NCBI GenBank assembly: GCA_036566325.1
Contig: DATCWO010000076.1
Location: 1 to 31,543, forward strand
Direction: 5' to 3'
DNA: 31,543 nucleotides
Source: Burkholderiales bacterium
GTDB lineage: Bacteria > Pseudomonadota > Gammaproteobacteria > Burkholderiales > SG8-39
In this document: piece by piece, positions 1 through 9,628 of the stretch
Position numbering within the stretch: position 1 is the stretch's first letter
How the letters are laid out: each line of letters starts with the position of its first letter
Program-made: the position numbers and the translations under genes
Notes under the pieces: model-generated
Told to the model about the DNA's origin: nothing
The model's database searches: none
What the model saw: the letters and a program-made list of their open reading frames with translations, nothing else

Positions 1-518
1 CCGGCAGCGAAATTTTCCAGTCCGATATGAATCAGGCCGGCGAGAAAGGTCCCGGCCGTCAGCACGACCGTCGACGCCCTGAACGTCAACCCCATTTGCG
101 TGACAACGCCCGTCACCCGATCGCCGTCCAGCAACAGATCCTCGACCGCCTGCTGAAACAAGGTCAGATTGGGCTGATTTTCAAGCCGACTCCGAATCGC
201 CTGCCGATACAACACCCGATCGGCCTGTGCCCGCGTCGCCCTAACCGCCGGACCTTTGCTCGCGTTCAGAATGCGGAACTGGATGCCCGCCTCGTCCGCC
301 GCGAGCGCCATGGCACCGCCCAATGCGTCTACTTCCTTGACGAGATGGCCCTTGCCGATGCCGCCGATGGAGGGATTGCAGGACATCTGACCCAAGGTCT
401 CGATATTGTGGGTCAGCAAAAGCGTGCGGCACCCCATCCGCGCAGCGGCAAGCGCGGCTTCTGTGCCGGCGTGACCGCCACCGATCACAATGACGTCGAA
501 ACGAGTAGGAAACTGCAT
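1..518 (-). CDS. mnmG: tRNA uridine-5-carboxymethylaminomethyl(34) synthesis enzyme MnmG/GidA, 5' part only (runs off window start; absent from ORF track)
   Basis: Manual translation from ATG at 518: [29 protein letters not shown]...[24 protein letters not shown]...[15 protein letters not shown]. It has the FAD-binding GGGHAG motif and the GidA signature SCNPSIGG. Confidence 0.97.
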   Translation of the reverse strand, partial: MQFPTRFDVIVIGGGHAGTEAALAAARMGCRTLLLTHNIETLGQMSCNPSIGGIGKGHLVKEVDALGGAMALAADEAGIQFRILNASKGPAVRATRAQADRVLYRQAIRSRLENQPNLTLFQQAVEDLLLDGDRVTGVVTQMGLTFRASTVVLTAGTFLAGLIHIGLENFAA

Positions 519-580
519 GACTGGAACGGGTTGAATAACGCCGGAATGATACGCCGAACAGAGGTCTCAAAATACGCAAT

Positions 581-596
581 GGTTCCACGTGAAACA
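581..596. promoter_or_regulatory. parS: parS centromere-like site (ParB binding)
   Basis: GGTTCCACGTGAAACA (minus strand TGTTTCACGTGGAACC) matches the near-universal parS consensus TGTTTCACGTGAAACA at 14/16. It lies in the mnmE-mnmG intergenic region close to the origin. Confidence 0.88.
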
Positions 597-629
597 CGCG
601 CACAAAGAGATGTTAGCGTGTGCTTACAC

Positions 630-1970
630 TTACTTACCAATACAGAATCTGCTAAAAATTTCGCCCAGGAGGTCATCTGCCGTGAACACCCCCGTAATGC
701 GGCCCAGCGCCACCTGCGCCAAGCGCAATTCCTCTGCCATCAATTCCGCTTGACCGACCGCCTCTGCAGCGCGTTCCAGGCAGAGTGCCGTTTCGTTCAA
801 AGCGACAAGATGGCGTTCACGAGCGAGATAAACATCCTCGGTATTCGCTTGCCACCCCGCGATTGCCTGCAGCCGATCACGCAGCGATTCGATGCCCTCG
901 CCCGTCTTCGCAGAGACCTGAACCGAATCGGCGTCGAGGCTGGCGCCACCTCGGTCTTCAACCAGATCAAGTTTGTTATAGACGATCAAGCGCTGCAGCC
1001 CTTCGGGCAGTTGCGCAACGATACGCAAATCTTTGGCAGTGACCCCCGCGCGGGCATCGACCAGCAATAACAGCACGTCCGCGCGCTGGATTTCGCTCCA
1101 TGTCCGAGCAATGCCGATGCGCTCCACCTCATCCTGCGTGTCGCGCAGCCCGGCGGTGTCGATGATATTGACCGGCAGTCCATGCACCTGAATCGTCTGA
1201 CGCACGGTATCGCGTGTCGTGCCAGGCACATCCGTCACGATTGCGAGCTCTTCACCGGCAAGTCGGTTGAGCAAGCTGGACTTACCCACATTCGGCTGCC
1301 CTGCCAACACCACATTGAGTCCGGAACGCAGCAGACTTCCCTGCGTCGCCTTGGCCAGCACCTCGCCGATTCGTATGCGCAGGTCGTTCACCCCCTCCTG
1401 CGCCACCGTACGCTCCAGCGCGTCGACCTCCTCTTCCGGAAAATCAAGCGCTGCCTCAACGCGCATACGCAGTTCGATGAGCCGATCGACCAGCGCGTTC
1501 ACCGTGGCGGAGAACTCGCCGCGCAAACTGCGACCCGCACTGCGCACCGCTGCTTCATTCGAAGCGTCGATCAGGTCGACGACTGCTTCAGCCTGCGCCA
1601 GGTCGAGCTTGTCATTGAGAAAAGCGCGCCGAGTGAATTCTCCCGGCTCGGCGAGACGCGCGCCCAGGGCCAGGCAACGCCGCAGCAGCAGATGCAGCAC
1701 CACGGGACCGCCGTGAGCATGCAATTCGAGGACATCTTCGCCGGTAAAGGAATGCGGCGCGGGGAAATACAGCAGCAGACCCTCATCAAGGATCGCGCCA
1801 TGCTCATCCAGAAAGTGAGTAAAGGTCGCGCGACGCGCGACTGGGATCTCACCACAAAGCGCTAGGGCGACGTCGGCGAGGCGCTTCCCGGATACCCGAA
1901 CGATGCCGATTCCACCGCGGCCGGCCGCTGTTGCAACCGCCGCAATCGTCTCACTTTCAGCGCTTGGCAC
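630..1970 (-). CDS. mnmE: tRNA modification GTPase MnmE/TrmE
   Basis: N-terminal [53 protein letters not shown]1 [10 protein letters not shown]2 GTTRD, G3 DTAG, G4 NKLD, C-terminal FCIGK. Confidence 0.98.
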   Translation of the reverse strand: MPSAESETIAAVATAAGRGGIGIVRVSGKRLADVALALCGEIPVARRATFTHFLDEHGAILDEGLLLYFPAPHSFTGEDVLELHAHGGPVVLHLLLRRCLALGARLAEPGEFTRRAFLNDKLDLAQAEAVVDLIDASNEAAVRSAGRSLRGEFSATVNALVDRLIELRMRVEAALDFPEEEVDALERTVAQEGVNDLRIRIGEVLAKATQGSLLRSGLNVVLAGQPNVGKSSLLNRLAGEELAIVTDVPGTTRDTVRQTIQVHGLPVNIIDTAGLRDTQDEVERIGIARTWSEIQRADVLLLLVDARAGVTAKDLRIVAQLPEGLQRLIVYNKLDLVEDRGGASLDADSVQVSAKTGEGIESLRDRLQAIAGWQANTEDVYLARERHLVALNETALCLERAAEAVGQAELMAEELRLAQVALGRITGVFTADDLLGEIFSRFCIGK

Positions 1971-3603
1971 TCGCCGCTGTCTTACCCTGTGCGCCTTCCA
2001 CCATGCGCGTGATCTGCCATTGCTGCGCGATGGAAAGAATGTTGTTCACCAGCCAGTACAACACCAGACCGGCCGGGAAGAAAAAGAACATCACCCCGAA
2101 AACGAGCGGCATCGCCATCATGACCTTGGCCTGGACGGGATCGGGCGGCGTGGGGCTCAGCTTGGTCTGGATCAGCATGGATACCATCATCAGCGCCGGC
2201 AGGATGAAGTACGGATCCTGCTCCGACAAATCGTGAATCCAGCCATAGAACGGGGCGTTGCGCAGCTCGACACTCCCAAGCAATACCCAATACAGCGCAA
2301 TGAACACCGGAATCTGGACCACCACCGGCAAACAACCGCCGAGAGGATTGATCTTTTCGGTCTTGTACAACTCCATCATCGCCTGATTCATCTTCATGCG
2401 ATCGCCGCCGTACTGCTCCTTCAATTTCGCCAGACGCGGAGCTACGACGCGCATCTTCGCCATCGACTTATAGCTCGCGGCGGACAATGGAAAGAACACC
2501 AGCTTGATCACCACGGTCAGCGCAATAATCGCCAAGCCCCAGTTGCCCAGCCAGCCGTGGAACCACTTCAGCACGCTGAACAGCGGTTCGGCAATGATGG
2601 TGAGCCAGCCGTAGTCGACCACCACGTCAAGTCCCGGCGCAACCGCGCGCAAATGGTCTTGCCGTTGCGGCCCCGAATAGAGCGGCACCGTGACGCGGGC
2701 GGTTTCGCCCGGGGCAACCGAAGCGACCGGCACAATGACACCGGCGCTATACATCTTCTGGCCGAGCGCGCGGGTGTAATTCTCATGCGGCGTGCCACTC
2801 TGCGGTAATAAGGCGGATACGAAATAGTGCTGCACCATTGCCACCCAGCCATCCTCGGCATTGCGGGTGTACTTGACCTTGCCCTCATCAATGTCCGAAA
2901 ACCCGACTTTGACGAACTTGTCCTGCTCGGTATAGACAGCCGGGCCGGTATAAGTCCGCGCCATCATCGGATCGCCTTCCGGGGACTCGCCGTCACGCGT
3001 TAACTGGAAATAGGCATGCGACGCGGCCAGTGGATTTGCCGAGCTGTTTACGATTTCATACGTTATATCAATAACATAACTTGATCTATGGAAAGTGAGG
3101 ACTTTTGCGACTTGCACCCCCTCACCGCCCGTCGCTTCCAGTTTGACCTGCAACTGATCCTGCCCGTCTGGCAAAACAAATTCGTTTGCATCGGCACGGT
3201 AGAGCGTACGGTGGGTCGGTAACTGCGGACCGATCAGCCCGCTCTGCGCTGCGTAGTGATGCTCCGGCCCAAGCAGCACCATCGGAGCGGTCTCGTCGCC
3301 GCCCGCGGCATAACCGAGCATGACCAGACGCACGATCGAGCCGCCGATCGGATCGATTTCGGCTTCGACGACGTCCGTGCGAACGCGGATTGGCTCCTGC
3401 GGCGTCGTTTCGGCGACTGTCGCAGCCTGCGGTACGGTGGTGGCCGAAGGCGGTAGCGAAGGATTCGGGACATCCCGCGATTGCGCGCCCTGTTCGGTCG
3501 TCTGAGGCGCCTGCTGCGGATAATGCTCTTGCTGCCAAGCCTGCCAAAGCATCAAGAGAGAGAACGAGAACACGAGGAGCAGGATCAGGCGTCGGGTATC
3601 CAT
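1957..3603 (-). CDS. yidC: Membrane protein insertase YidC
   Basis: N-terminal TM anchor, large periplasmic domain, [26 protein letters not shown]-terminal [20 protein letters not shown]; canonical position after rnpA-yidD. Confidence 0.98.
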   Translation of the reverse strand: MDTRRLILLLVFSFSLLMLWQAWQQEHYPQQAPQTTEQGAQSRDVPNPSLPPSATTVPQAATVAETTPQEPIRVRTDVVEAEIDPIGGSIVRLVMLGYAAGGDETAPMVLLGPEHHYAAQSGLIGPQLPTHRTLYRADANEFVLPDGQDQLQVKLEATGGEGVQVAKVLTFHRSSYVIDITYEIVNSSANPLAASHAYFQLTRDGESPEGDPMMARTYTGPAVYTEQDKFVKVGFSDIDEGKVKYTRNAEDGWVAMVQHYFVSALLPQSGTPHENYTRALGQKMYSAGVIVPVASVAPGETARVTVPLYSGPQRQDHLRAVAPGLDVVVDYGWLTIIAEPLFSVLKWFHGWLGNWGLAIIALTVVIKLVFFPLSAASYKSMAKMRVVAPRLAKLKEQYGGDRMKMNQAMMELYKTEKINPLGGCLPVVVQIPVFIALYWVLLGSVELRNAPFYGWIHDLSEQDPYFILPALMMVSMLIQTKLSPTPPDPVQAKVMMAMPLVFGVMFFFFPAGLVLYWLVNNILSIAQQWQITRMVEGAQGKTAASAKR

Positions 3604-3617
3604 CGATTATCTATTTT

Positions 3618-3836
3618 TCAAGGTACGGGGTCGTAGCCGCCAGGATGCCAGGGATGACAACGGGAGACGCGACGCAAGGCCAGCCACGTGCCTTGCCACG
3701 CGCCGTAGCGCTGCAATGCTTCAGTGGCATATTCGGAACAGGAGGGCGCAAACCGGCAATTGCGGCCCAGCAACGGGCTGAGACAATAGCGATAGGTGGC
3801 AAGCAAGCCAAGCAATACTTTAAGCATCGCTCGCAC
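3618..3836 (-). CDS. yidD: Membrane protein insertion efficiency factor YidD
   Basis: [23 protein letters not shown] and [14 protein letters not shown] are YidD signatures. The start could be GTG 3836 or ATG 3827. Confidence 0.95.
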   Translation of the reverse strand: MRAMLKVLLGLLATYRYCLSPLLGRNCRFAPSCSEYATEALQRYGAWQGTWLALRRVSRCHPWHPGGYDPVP

Positions 3837-4149
3837 GTCTCATCAAGGCTTGTACGTCAGCCAAATGCAGCCCTGACTCGCCCACCGGCTTGGTGACGCG
3901 CACAACACAGTCCAGGCCGGATAGATGCGCCTGGTGTAGTCGGAACGCTTCCCTGGTCAGGCGACGGATGCGGTTGCGCGCCACAGCGGTAGGAACCAGC
4001 TTTTTCGGAACGATCAATGCAAGCCGCGCGCAGTCGAGGTCATTGTTACGCCGGTAGAGCGCGAGACCGGCAGTGCGTACAGGCTTGCCGGATCTCAACG
4101 CCGCGGCGACGTTGATGGCGCCAAGGCGCTGAAATCGGCGCAGCCGCAA
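3820..4149 (-). CDS. rnpA: Ribonuclease P protein component
   Basis: RLALIVPKK and the RNR motif [16 protein letters not shown]; located between rpmH and yidD. Start placed at the TTG (4149) 7 nt after the rpmH stop rather than the ORF-track start 4197, which lies inside rpmH. Confidence 0.92.
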   Translation of the reverse strand: MRLRRFQRLGAINVAAALRSGKPVRTAGLALYRRNNDLDCARLALIVPKKLVPTAVARNRIRRLTREAFRLHQAHLSGLDCVVRVTKPVGESGLHLADVQALMRRASDA

Positions 4150-4156
4150 GCGCAGG

Positions 4157-4291
4157 TCAAACGCCCAAGCGAGTGCGACCTTTGGCGCGACGCGCACGAA
4201 TCACCGCGCGTCCTCCGCGGGTACGCATGCGAACGAGAAAGCCGTGCGTACGCTTGCGACGGACTACGGAGGGTTGGTAAGTGCGCTTCAT
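4157..4291 (-). CDS. rpmH: 50S ribosomal protein L34
   Basis: [44 protein letters not shown] (44 aa) from ATG 4291. Confidence 0.99.
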   Translation of the reverse strand: MKRTYQPSVVRRKRTHGFLVRMRTRGGRAVIRARRAKGRTRLGV

Positions 4292-4328
4292 GTCTAATGT
4301 CCAATATCCAGCTGAGCGGAAACCCGCT

Positions 4329-4358
4329 ATTAAAGCAACCGGTTGCACATGCTGTCAA
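4329..4358 (-). promoter_or_regulatory. sigma70 promoter for rpmH operon
   Basis: Minus strand TTGACA (4358-4353), 18-nt spacer, TTTAAT (4334-4329) preceded by TGn and followed by a GC-rich discriminator. Confidence 0.7.
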
Positions 4359-4373
4359 ACAACTCGCGCAGCC

Positions 4374-4382
4374 TGTGGATAA
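4374..4382 (-). promoter_or_regulatory. Perfect DnaA box upstream of dnaA
   Basis: TGTGGATAA is the reverse complement of TTATCCACA. Confidence 0.9.
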
Positions 4383-4404
4383 CTTTGTGCCTTCGGGGTA
4401 TCAT
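4376..4404 (+). promoter_or_regulatory. Candidate sigma70 promoter for dnaA
   Basis: TGGATA (4376-4381), 17-nt spacer, TATCAT (4399-4404); the -35 element lies inside the DnaA box. Confidence 0.55.
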
Positions 4405-4466
4405 TACGCGTTCCGAATTGCTCCGGCCTGTGCTCGGGCGCTCACCACTAGAAGAGCAAACCAAGG

Positions 4467-5855
4467 ATGGAAGGTTTCTGGCACGACTGCCTTGCCCGCC
4501 TAGAAAAAGAGCTTCCTGCCCAGCAGTTTACGACTTGGATTCGACCGCTACAGGTCGACGCGGCACGTACCACCGACGATGAGTTGCATCTCACCGCACC
4601 CAACCGCTTCGTTCTGCAATGGATCAAGGACCGTTTCCTGACGCGGATCGAAACGTTGGTTGGCGAACAACTTGGCAAGCCCGTACACGTCAGCGTCGCG
4701 CTCCTGAGTAACGATGCCATTGCGGCGCCCACTGCGCTAACTGCACCTGTGTCGCTCGCCCCTGTGGATAACGTGGCGCGCTCTCAGAACGGCTTCGCCA
4801 ATCCCACGCGCCCGACAACGAACATCTCCGAGCCGCGTTCGAGCATCATTGGGGACTTCACTTTCGATAATTTCGTGCCCGGCAAGGCCAACGCACTTGC
4901 GCGCGCTGCGGCGATGCAGGTCGCGGAGAACCCTGGTACTTCGTACAACCCGTTGTTCGTTTATGGCGGCGTGGGCCTGGGCAAGACGCATCTGATTCAC
5001 GCGGTCGGCAATCACGTCAGGAGCGAGCACCCCAACGGCAAAGTGCGTTACCTCCACGCCGCGCAATACATTTCCGACGTGGTACGCGCCTATCAGCAGA
5101 AATCGTTTGACGCATTCAAGCGCTACTACCATTCGCTTGACCTGCTGCTGATCGACGACATTCAGTTCTTCACCGGCAAGGACCGCACGCAAGAAGAATT
5201 CTTCTATGCGTTTAACGCGCTGATCGAAGCGCGCAAACAGATCATCATCACCTGCGATACCTATCCGCGCGACATCAACGGCATCGATGAGCGTTTAAAA
5301 ACCCGCTTCAGTTGGGGGTTGACCGTTGCGATCGAACCGCCTGAGCAGGAAATGCGCGTCGCTATCATTCTGAAAAAAGCAGAAGCGGTTGGTGCTCGAC
5401 TGCCCGAAGAAGTCGCCTTCTTCATTGCCAAGCACATTCGCTCGAATGTGCGGGAGCTGGAAGGCGCGTTAAAGAACGTATTGGCTGTCGCGCGCTTCAG
5501 CGGCAAGGAAGTCAGCGTCGAGGTTGCGAAGGAAGCACTGAAAGATCTGCTGTCTGTACACAACCGGCAGGTTTCGATCGAGAACATTCAAAAAACGGTA
5601 GCCGATTACTACAAAATCAAGGTCTCCGATCTGCATTCCAAGAAGCGCACCCGCGCCATAGCGCGACCGCGCCAGATGGCAATGGCGCTGGCCAAGGAAT
5701 TGACCGAAATGAGTTTGCCGGAAATCGGCGATGCCTTCGGTAATCGCGATCACACGACCGTATTACATGCGTGTCGAACCATCGCAACGCTAAGAAGCAA
5801 GGACCACGAACTGAACCGGGATTTCCACGTACTTGAACAGACATTGAAGGGCTAA
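4467..5855 (+). CDS. dnaA: Chromosomal replication initiator DnaA
   Basis: Domain [39 protein letters not shown] (Walker A), LLIDDIQF (Walker B), NVRELEGAL, domain IV RQMAM and RDHTTVLHA. Confidence 0.99.
   Translation: MEGFWHDCLARLEKELPAQQFTTWIRPLQVDAARTTDDELHLTAPNRFVLQWIKDRFLTRIETLVGEQLGKPVHVSVALLSNDAIAAPTALTAPVSLAPVDNVARSQNGFANPTRPTTNISEPRSSIIGDFTFDNFVPGKANALARAAAMQVAENPGTSYNPLFVYGGVGLGKTHLIHAVGNHVRSEHPNGKVRYLHAAQYISDVVRAYQQKSFDAFKRYYHSLDLLLIDDIQFFTGKDRTQEEFFYAFNALIEARKQIIITCDTYPRDINGIDERLKTRFSWGLTVAIEPPEQEMRVAIILKKAEAVGARLPEEVAFFIAKHIRSNVRELEGALKNVLAVARFSGKEVSVEVAKEALKDLLSVHNRQVSIENIQKTVADYYKIKVSDLHSKKRTRAIARPRQMAMALAKELTEMSLPEIGDAFGNRDHTTVLHACRTIATLRSKDHELNRDFHVLEQTLKG
4763..4771 (-). 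promoter_or_regulatory. Perfect DnaA box inside the dnaA coding sequence (domain II linker)
   Basis: TGTGGATAA at 4763-4771. Confidence 0.65.
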
Positions 5856-6052
5856 CAACTCATGTATAACCCGGCAAAAGCTGTGCGCAATCCAGGCAAA
5901 CTTCGACACCTCGGCAAAGTTGTTCCGTTTTACACAGCACTATCCACAGGCGCGTCCACAGGCTGTGCACAGCCTAAGACGTTGAATCACAGCGACTGCT
6001 TGCACTTACCCCCACATTTCGAGTCGCTCATCATCATCAATCAGGAAAGAAT
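5856..6052. other. oriC: Probable oriC core (dnaA-dnaN intergenic DnaA-box cluster)
   Basis: TTTTACACA (5928-5936, fits TTWTNCACA), CTATCCACA (5940-5948), and weaker boxes GCGTCCACA (5952-5960), CTGTGCACA (5963-5971), TGAATCACA (5983-5991), plus reverse CATGTATAA (5861-5869). A (CAT)n run precedes dnaN; parS is about 5 kb away. Confidence 0.7.
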
Positions 6053-7162
6053 ATGAACCTATTAAAGACAAACCGCGAGACGCTACTCAAGCCCTTGCAG
6101 GCAGTGTCGGGGATCATTGAACGGCGTCATACCTTACCGATACTTTCCAACGTGCTGATCGAGCGTGATGCGGCACGACTGTCCTTTGTCGCAACGGATA
6201 TCGAAATCGAAATCACGGCATCCGTTGCGGTGGACGCCAACAGCGAAACCAAGTCGGTGACAGTCGGTGCACGGAAACTGCTGGATATCCTGCGCGCGTT
6301 GCCCGATGTCAGCGAGGTGACGCTTGCGCTGGCAGACAAGCGCTTGCAGGTGAAGAGCGGCAAAAGCCGGTTTAATCTGCAGACGCTTCCGGCGGAGGAC
6401 TTTCCCCGATTGGCCGGGCCTGAAGGCGATAGCGTGCGGTTCGAGTTGCCGCAGAAATTATTGAAAGATCTGTTTTCGCAAGTGCAGTACGCCATGGCGC
6501 AACAGGACATTCGCTACTACCTCAACGGCTTGTTGATGGTCATCGAGGCTGGCGAGTTGCGCGTGATCGCGACTGATGGTCACCGTCTGGCGTTCGCATG
6601 CAAGGAAGTCGCGCCCAAGGATTTAGGTAAGCAGGAAGTGATACTTCCTCGCAAGACAGTGCTCGAACTGGCTAAACTGTTGGCTGACACAGACGAGCCG
6701 GTTGCGATCGAGCTTACCGCCACGCAGGCGCGCTTCAAGTTCGCTGACGTTCTGCTGGCTTCCAAATTGGTGGACGGCAAGTTTCCGGATTACCAGCGCG
6801 TCATTCCCACACAGCATCCGAAGCAATTGCGCATCGGTCGAGCTGCGTTGCAGCAGGCCTTGCAGCGTGCGGCAATTCTCACCAGCGACAAGTTCCGCGG
6901 TGTGCGTTGGGTGCTGGCTGAAAACAGTTTGAAGATCAGTTGCAGTAATACCGAGCAGGAAGAAGCGCAGGAAGAACTCGATGTGGCTTATGAAGGTGAA
7001 GTGCTGGATATTGGCTTCAACGTCGGCTACCTGCTCGATGTGCTGAACAATCTTGACGTGAACGAAGTCGATGTCGCGCTTGGCGATTCGAACTCGAGCG
7101 CACTGATTACCGTACCCGAGCGCGACGACTTCAAATACGTCGTCATGCCGATGCGTATCTAG
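6053..7162 (+). CDS. dnaN: DNA polymerase III beta sliding clamp
   Basis: IERRHTLPILSNVLI, ATDIEIEI, QQDIRYYLNGLL, ATDGHRLA, KLVDGKFPDYQRVIP, YVVMPMRI. Confidence 0.99.
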   Translation: MNLLKTNRETLLKPLQAVSGIIERRHTLPILSNVLIERDAARLSFVATDIEIEITASVAVDANSETKSVTVGARKLLDILRALPDVSEVTLALADKRLQVKSGKSRFNLQTLPAEDFPRLAGPEGDSVRFELPQKLLKDLFSQVQYAMAQQDIRYYLNGLLMVIEAGELRVIATDGHRLAFACKEVAPKDLGKQEVILPRKTVLELAKLLADTDEPVAIELTATQARFKFADVLLASKLVDGKFPDYQRVIPTQHPKQLRIGRAALQQALQRAAILTSDKFRGVRWVLAENSLKISCSNTEQEEAQEELDVAYEGEVLDIGFNVGYLLDVLNNLDVNEVDVALGDSNSSALITVPERDDFKYVVMPMRI

Positions 7163-7168
7163 GAATAG

Positions 7169-9604
<2,436 letters not shown>

Positions 9605-9628
9605 GCTGGGCTGGGCGGCTGACGGCGA

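Noticed and set aside
27-1070. 347-aa plus-strand ORF spanning mnmG, parS and mnmE
   Set aside because: Antisense to two conserved genes, with Arg/Gln-rich shadow composition and no motifs.
1903-2808. 301-aa plus-strand ORF and other short alternative-frame ORFs throughout the track
   Set aside because: Antisense or out of frame to well-supported housekeeping genes; no independent RBS or motif evidence.
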